Shown here: one piece after another, positions 57,734 through 64,000 of the stretch | Layout: every line of letters begins with the position of its first letter | Position numbering within the stretch: position 1 is the first letter of the stretch | Source: Octopus vulgaris | Lineage: Eukaryota | Length of the DNA stretch: 64,000 nt | Assembly (NCBI GenBank): GCA_951406725.2 | Contig: OX597824.1 | Span: 22,134,001-22,198,000, forward strand | Direction of reading: 5' to 3' | The notes under the pieces: generated by a model | What the model was told of the DNA's origin: nothing | Database searches by the model: none | What the model saw: only the letters and a program-made list of their open reading frames with translations | Program-made: the position numbers and the translations under genes

Positions 57734-58322
57734 CACATACATACACATATTTGTGTGTATGTGTGTCATGTGTTCCACTCACAAGACTTTGGTTTGCCTG
57801 GGGTCTATAGTAGAACACACTTGGTCAGTTTCATGTGGGATCAAACCGAAAGCTATCTAGTTGAGAAAAAAAACATGTTAACCACACTGACATGTCTACA
57901 TTTACACACTTACCCAAATTGCCCTGCCATGGAACTGAACTTGAAACCATGTGGTTAGGAAGCATACTTCTTACCATGCCTGTGCCTACGCCATGCATAC
58001 ACCTACATAGTTTCTCATCAGACATATTTGCTCATATCATATTTGTTACAGAGATAAGCTGTTTTTGAATGGTTATAAAGTTCTAACATTCAATCTCTTC
58101 AGTGAAGCTCTAAAAATAAACATAAAATGAAGCATTTGTTACCAATGACTGCATTTTATCACAGTGTATATATGTATGTGCATGTATGTATGTCTGTCTG
58201 TCCATCTGTATGTATGTATATATGTGTGCTTGTACGTGTGTGTATTCACTGAGCAAATCAGCATGTAATATTTGCCATGTAGACAATCCGTTTACAGTTG
58301 GTGACAAAATTTTTCTTATCAA

Positions 58323-59135
58323 AGTCATATATTATGATAACATTTATTTAACCATTGGAAATTCTTATCTAACAACAATTGTTTCATAGCTTAATAAAAC
58401 ATGTAAAGATAATTTATTTTATTATATCTAATAATAAGTAAAGGATTACTTACATGTCTGCACTAATATAACCAATCTTGAATTTAATGTAGATATTAAG
58501 TTAGCTCTTCAAGTTAAAAGAAATCCATGTTAAAAAATACTCCCTCAACATAACGTTTCAAGAATGCAAAGTCAATATTTTAAAATAGAACCTTATAAAA
58601 TATGGAAGACAATAAGAAAAATATTTAATAGAAATTAATAAGACGGTTTTCTAAAGAAAGGAAGCGAAATTTAGTAGGATATTAAAAAGTAACTAGTGGA
58701 TACTTTCGGTGTAAGAAAAGGAAAATGATATATTTATCATTAATAATTTAGGAAATAAAAGATTATAAAGAAAAAATAATAACAAAGTGAAACTAAATAA
58801 AAGTTATTAGAGACAATGTTTACAAAATATAGGATTATGAAATATAGGGATTACAAAATTTATTTTTAACATGGATTTATAGATTTATTTTAACCTGAAG
58901 AGCTAGCTTAATATCAAGATTAATTTAAAGATTGTTTATATTAAGACAGACATAGAAGTAATTCATTATTTATTATAAAATATAATAAAATAAAATAATA
59001 TAATATAATATAATATAATATAATAAAATAATAAAATAAATTATCTATACATGTATTAAGTTGCGAAACAACTGTCATTAAATAAGAATTTCCTATGGTT
59101 AAATGAATTTTATCATAGTATATTTCTTTCGTCAT
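58323..59135. mobile_element. Penelope-like relic with diverged inverted terminal repeats
   Basis: Arms ~58323-58539 and ~58861-59135, each with a split hammerhead core. Confidence 0.65.
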
Positions 59136-59711
59136 TTATATCATCATCATCATCATTTAACGTCCGTTTTCCATGCTGGCATGGGTTGGACGGTTTGACT
59201 GAGGTGTAGAGAGCCAGTGACTGCACCAGGCTTCAATCTTGATCTGGCAGAGTTTCTACAGCTGGATGCCCTTCCTAACATCACCCACTCCGAGAGAGTA
59301 GTGGGTGCTTTTTACATGCCACAGGCACAGGAGCCAGTCAAGTGGGCCTGGCATGAATCACATTTGGATAGTGCTTTTTACATGCCACTGGCACAGAAGC
59401 CACACACGCACACACACACACATATATATATGTAATCATCATCCTCTGCATCTGCATCATCATCATTTAGCGTCCATTGTCCATGCTTGCATGGGTTGGA
59501 CGCTTTGACCAGGGCTGGTAAGCTGAGGGGCTGCACCAGACTCCAGTCTGATTTGGCATGGTTTCTATGGTTGAATGCATTTCCTAATGCCAAACCACTC
59601 TTAGAGTGTATGTATTTATATATATATATATTTATTAATCAAAGGATACATTAAAGTGTTGATCCACTAGATATAAGAGTTAGAACCCTCATTTGGACCA
59701 CCAAAAATTAC

Positions 59712-59804
59712 ATATGGCATAGTGGTTAAGAGCGCAGGCTACTAACCCCAAGATTCTGAGTTTGATTCCAGGCAGTGGCCTGAATAATAATGATGATGAT
59801 GGCG

Positions 59805-59875
<71 letters not shown>

Positions 59876-60060
59876 TAATAATAATAATAATAACAAGAGC
59901 ACTGAGAGAGCAGAAATTAAAAATACCTTAGGAATGAGAACCCTGGTTCGAAATTTCCCCAAGACACCTGATGAAGGCTGTGGGCTATATCAGCCAAAAT
60001 GTGTTAACAACAAACAAGATGAAGACAAATATCTGTCAAATGTAAATAATGTAAATAATG
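59712..60060 (+). mobile_element. tRNA-like head + (AAT)n + tail with a hammerhead-like motif
   Basis: tggcatagtggttaagagcgc...gagtttgattcc, then acac-CTGATGA-aGGCTG...CAGCC-aaaat-gtgt. Confidence 0.55.
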
Positions 60061-60672
60061 CACCAAATATTACACTGAAAATAACAGATACAGCAGTATA
60101 TGGGTGAGCAATCTGTAAAAATACCTCTCACATACTATTATAGCATACAGCTGTATATTTAATGGAACTGGTATATATGTGGACCGGTTTCTGGTTTGAC
60201 ACAAAGTTCTTACATTCCTCAGCACATCTTAACCCTTACAAATATCTTCTCAATTTGTCACGTTGAAATCTGCTAACATCCTTAATTGCTTAGCACCAAA
60301 ATGTGGACAGCCTCAGTATATATTTACTTGTTTGAATTATTGACCCGTGGCCTTGCTGGGGCATCACCTTGATGAATTTAGTCAAACAAATTACCTGCAC
60401 TACTTAACTTTTAAATCTGGTACTTATTCTATCAGTTTCTTTTGCCGAACCACTAAGTTACAGGGATGTAAATAAAACAACACTAGTTTTAAGTGGTAGG
60501 AGAAGACAAACCTAGAATCAAAGCCACACATACCCACATATAATGAGCTTCCACACAGTTTCCATCCACCAAATTCATTCACATGACATTAGCTGAAGAC
60601 ACTTGTCCAAGGTGCTGTGCAGTGAGACTGAATCCAAAACTGTATATATATATATATATGCATGTGTGTGTA

Positions 60673-60707
<35 letters not shown>

Positions 60708-61105
60708 CTTTTACTCTCTTTTACTTGTTTTTTTCATTTGACTGCGACCATGCTGGAGCACCGCCTTTAGTTGAGCAAATCGACCCCAGTACTTATTCTT
60801 TGTAAGCCTAGTACTTATTCTATTGGTCTCTTTTGCCAAACCACTAAGTTAAGGGGACGTAAACACACCAGCATTGGTTGTCAAGCGATGTTGGGGGGAC
60901 AAACACAGACACACAAACGTATGCACACACATACATATATACGATGGTCTTCTTTCAGTTTCCATCTACCAAATCCACTCACAAGGCTTTGGTTGGCCCA
61001 AGGCTATTGTAGAAGACACTTGCCCAAGGTGTCGCGCAGTGGGACTGAACCCGGAACCATATGGTTCATAAGCAAGCTACTTACCACACAGCCACTCCTA
61101 CGCCT
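60708..61105 (-). mobile_element. SINE family A
   Basis: Full reverse copy. Older copies at 60325-60640, 62200-62580 and 62600-63115. Confidence 0.9.
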
Positions 61106-61890
61106 ATATCACAAATAAATATTTTTTTATGAAACTTACTCCATAAGTTGCATAGCCACTATGTTCACCACACAGCCAGCCATGTCAGAACACATATATG
61201 TCAATCGAAAACAGATGAAACAATACATTAGTTAAATATTATGTATTCATCTGATATATGGTACTAATACGTTTTTGGAAATGTTTCTACTATGAATATA
61301 AATGTTTTTCATGATAATATCATCATATTTATAGTGAGAAAAATCTATTGTTTCTGAATGTGTACATTTAGTTTGATCAATAATCTCGCACCCATTTGTA
61401 GATGATTTTGATTATGATTTGACAATGCATTTAGCAAGTTTTGTAATGGATAGAGATAAGGAAGATAAAGTGCATACCATTTTTAACTGAGTGGACATTT
61501 ATTAAAATAGCATTGGCAAAATACTAAAGTGAAACGAGATTGGTTTGGGAATGAAGTAATTTTTTCCTGTTTCATTTGTAAGAAAAACAAAATACTTTGA
61601 AAATTGAAGAACTAAATTCCAATGTTAGATGGAATTTGTTTATATTGAAAATTGACTGCATTTTGTTTTCCTTCATATTTTTCATGAGCATTAAAACTTT
61701 TATTATTTTTCAGCGGAATTATTCTATAAAATGTAACGTTATTTTAAAAAATGAGGTTCTATGCTGGCAGACTCACATTTTGGAATCAAGAATTCCTGGG
61801 TAAATTATTGTATATCAGTTGAATACAAACATTTCTTTCATTGGATCACATGCTAGAATTCTCAGTAGATTTTTTTTTGTTGGTTTAGGG

Positions 61891-62162
61891 CAGTGGTTCC
61901 CAAAGTGGGCAGTACTGCTTCCAAAGCAGCAGTGGAATGATCCATTGATGAAAATTGGAACGATAATGGGGTGGCCAAAATGGGATGATAGATGTAAAAT
62001 AAAATATATTAAGAGTTTAATTAGGTTTAAGTTTTATTTGTGAAATACAGTTCTTTTGAATTTGCTGCAGAAAGTGGTCTATATTTGGTGGGGGGGGGGG
62101 GCACTAGGAATGTGGCTTGGGTGCCAAGGGGGCGGCAGCCTGAAAATGTTTGGGAACCACTA
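61891..62162. mobile_element. hAT/Charlie MITE with perfect 8-bp TSD
   Basis: TIRs cagtggttcccaaa and tttgggaaccacta; TSD gtttaggg on both sides. Confidence 0.9.
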
Positions 62163-63754
62163 GTTTAGGGACTAATGTAACTCAGTCATTCTGCCTTTTT
62201 ACTTTTCTCAGTCATAAAACTGCAGCCATACTGGAGCGCTGAATTTTTAATCAAATGAATTGACCCCAGTACTTATATTTTAAACCTGGCACTTATTTTA
62301 TTGATCCGTTTTATTAGCCTGCTAAGTCATGGTGATATAAACACAACAACGCTGGTTGTCAAGCAATGCTGGGGGACACAGACACAAAGACGCACACAGA
62401 TATATATATATATGTATACACGGCAAGCTTCTTTCAGTTTCCATCTACCAAATCCACTCACAAGGCTTTGGTTGGCCTGAGGCTTTAGTAGAAGACACTT
62501 GCCCAAAGTGCCATGTAGTGGGACTGAACCTGGAACCATGAGGTTGATAAGTAAGCTTTTTACCACATAGCCATGCTTGTGTCTAATGTAATGTTATTTT
62601 TCTTTTTTTACTTGTTCCAGTCATTGGATTGCAGCCATGCAAGGGCAGGGCCTTGCTGGGTTTTAGCTGAATGGGCCACAGTATTTATATTTTTTGAAAG
62701 CCTGAAACTTATTCTATCAGTCTCATTTGCCATACGACTAGGTTAAGGGGATGTAAACAAACATACATCGGTTGTAAAGTAGTAGTGGGGCACAAAGACA
62801 CACACACACACACATTCTTTAACTTGCTTCAGTCATTTGACAGCTGACATGCTGGGACAATGCCTTAAAGAATTTTTAGCCAAATAAATTGACCCTTGTA
62901 CTTATTTTTTTTTTATAGTCCGGTATTTATTCTGTCGGTTTCTTTTGTTGAACTGCTATGTAATAATGACACACTTCTTTCATTTTCTGTCTACCAAACC
63001 CACTCACAAGACTTTGGTCAGCCTAGGGCTGTAGTAGAAGGTGCCAAGCAATGGGACTAAACCCGGAACCATTTGGTTGAAAAACAAACCTCTTACCTCA
63101 CAACCACACCTGTCCCTTCTATATAAATCATTTTATAACATCAGCTGAAATTCAAGCATTTCTTTCATTGGATCACATGATAGAATTTTCTTGAAAATTC
63201 TGTAGAATTTTCTGTTGGTTTTGGGGACAGAATGTGACTCGTTCATTGTTTCTATTGTACCGTGTTCTATTGTTTTAAATTTTGGTTCTGTGATGTTTGA
63301 ATATGTGAAGTGTTATTTCAAAGGAACCTATTTCCAGATGAAAATATGTATGATGCTAAAGGAAAACAGATAATATACGATTATTTCTAGATTAATGTTT
63401 TGATAAACTGCTAAAGAAAACCAGAGTATTTCGGCATCAATCAAACCAAGAGTATGGTTTGTTCTGTGGATAATTTTCCTCTCCTCTATGAAAATGGATG
63501 TATTTGTTTGTATGTTGCTGATGGAATTGACAATGGCCAAATGTTTTTTCTATTATAAAAGATTGTTGAATTTTCTGAAAATCTATTTGTTCAAGGTCTG
63601 TTTAGAACTGACACTAGAAACGATTCATTTGATAAAATATTGATTTTATTGTTGATTGCAATATTCCCAGGGGCTCTGTGATGGTGCCTGCTGGAATGTG
63701 TCACTATTTTAGTTTTTTTAATAGCCTGATGATGCAATTATATTGAAATTACAA

Positions 63755-63930
63755 GTGATGGTGGTGGTGGTGGTGGTGGTGGTTGTGGTGGTGATGGTAA
63801 TGACACTAGTGGTGGTGATGGTGACGGTGGTAGTGGTGGTGGTGGTGGTGGTGGTGATGGTTGATGGTGATGGTGATGACACTAGTGGTGGTGATGGTGG
63901 TGGTGGTGGTGGTGGCGGTGGTGGTGGTAA
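63755..63930. repeat. (GGT/GAT)n microsatellite
   Basis: Direct reading. Confidence 0.95.
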
Positions 63931-64000
63931 TGTGGAAGACAATTTAAAAATATTGTTTTATTAATTTTTCATGCATTAGAACACTATGACACGTATGTAA

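Noticed and set aside
60771-61118. Recurrent peptides such as PNPLTRLW...RHLPKVP as a gene family
   Set aside because: Antisense translations of SINE family A.

Overview
A 64-kb, AT-rich, eukaryotic non-coding window (intronic or intergenic) made almost entirely of repeats. The SINE families and the density of (TA)n/(CA)n/(CAT)n/(TAA)n microsatellites suggest an octopus genome; this is inferred from recollection of octopus SINEs, not from a database check. No intact host gene is supported, and nearly all ORFs in the track are microsatellite or SINE artefacts. Recognisable content: three tRNA-headed SINE families plus chimeric variants; decayed LINEs (RTE, CR1-type, R4/Dong in TAA repeats, a zinc-knuckle ORF1); a mariner relic; a Gypsy gag relic; non-autonomous Helitrons; hAT and Tc1/pogo MITEs. 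The most notable signal is at least six distinct short repeat families, mostly inside (TA)n tracts and often arranged as fold-back or direct repeats, that carry minimal type I hammerhead-ribozyme cores like those of Penelope-like elements. They include a recurrent CCGANGA core variant, a version with a ~140-nt helix II insert, a tRNA-head/hammerhead chimera, and a ~3.2-kb non-coding unit bounded by two hammerhead-like direct repeats (retrozyme-like). All structures were read by eye; coordinates are approximate to a few bases.
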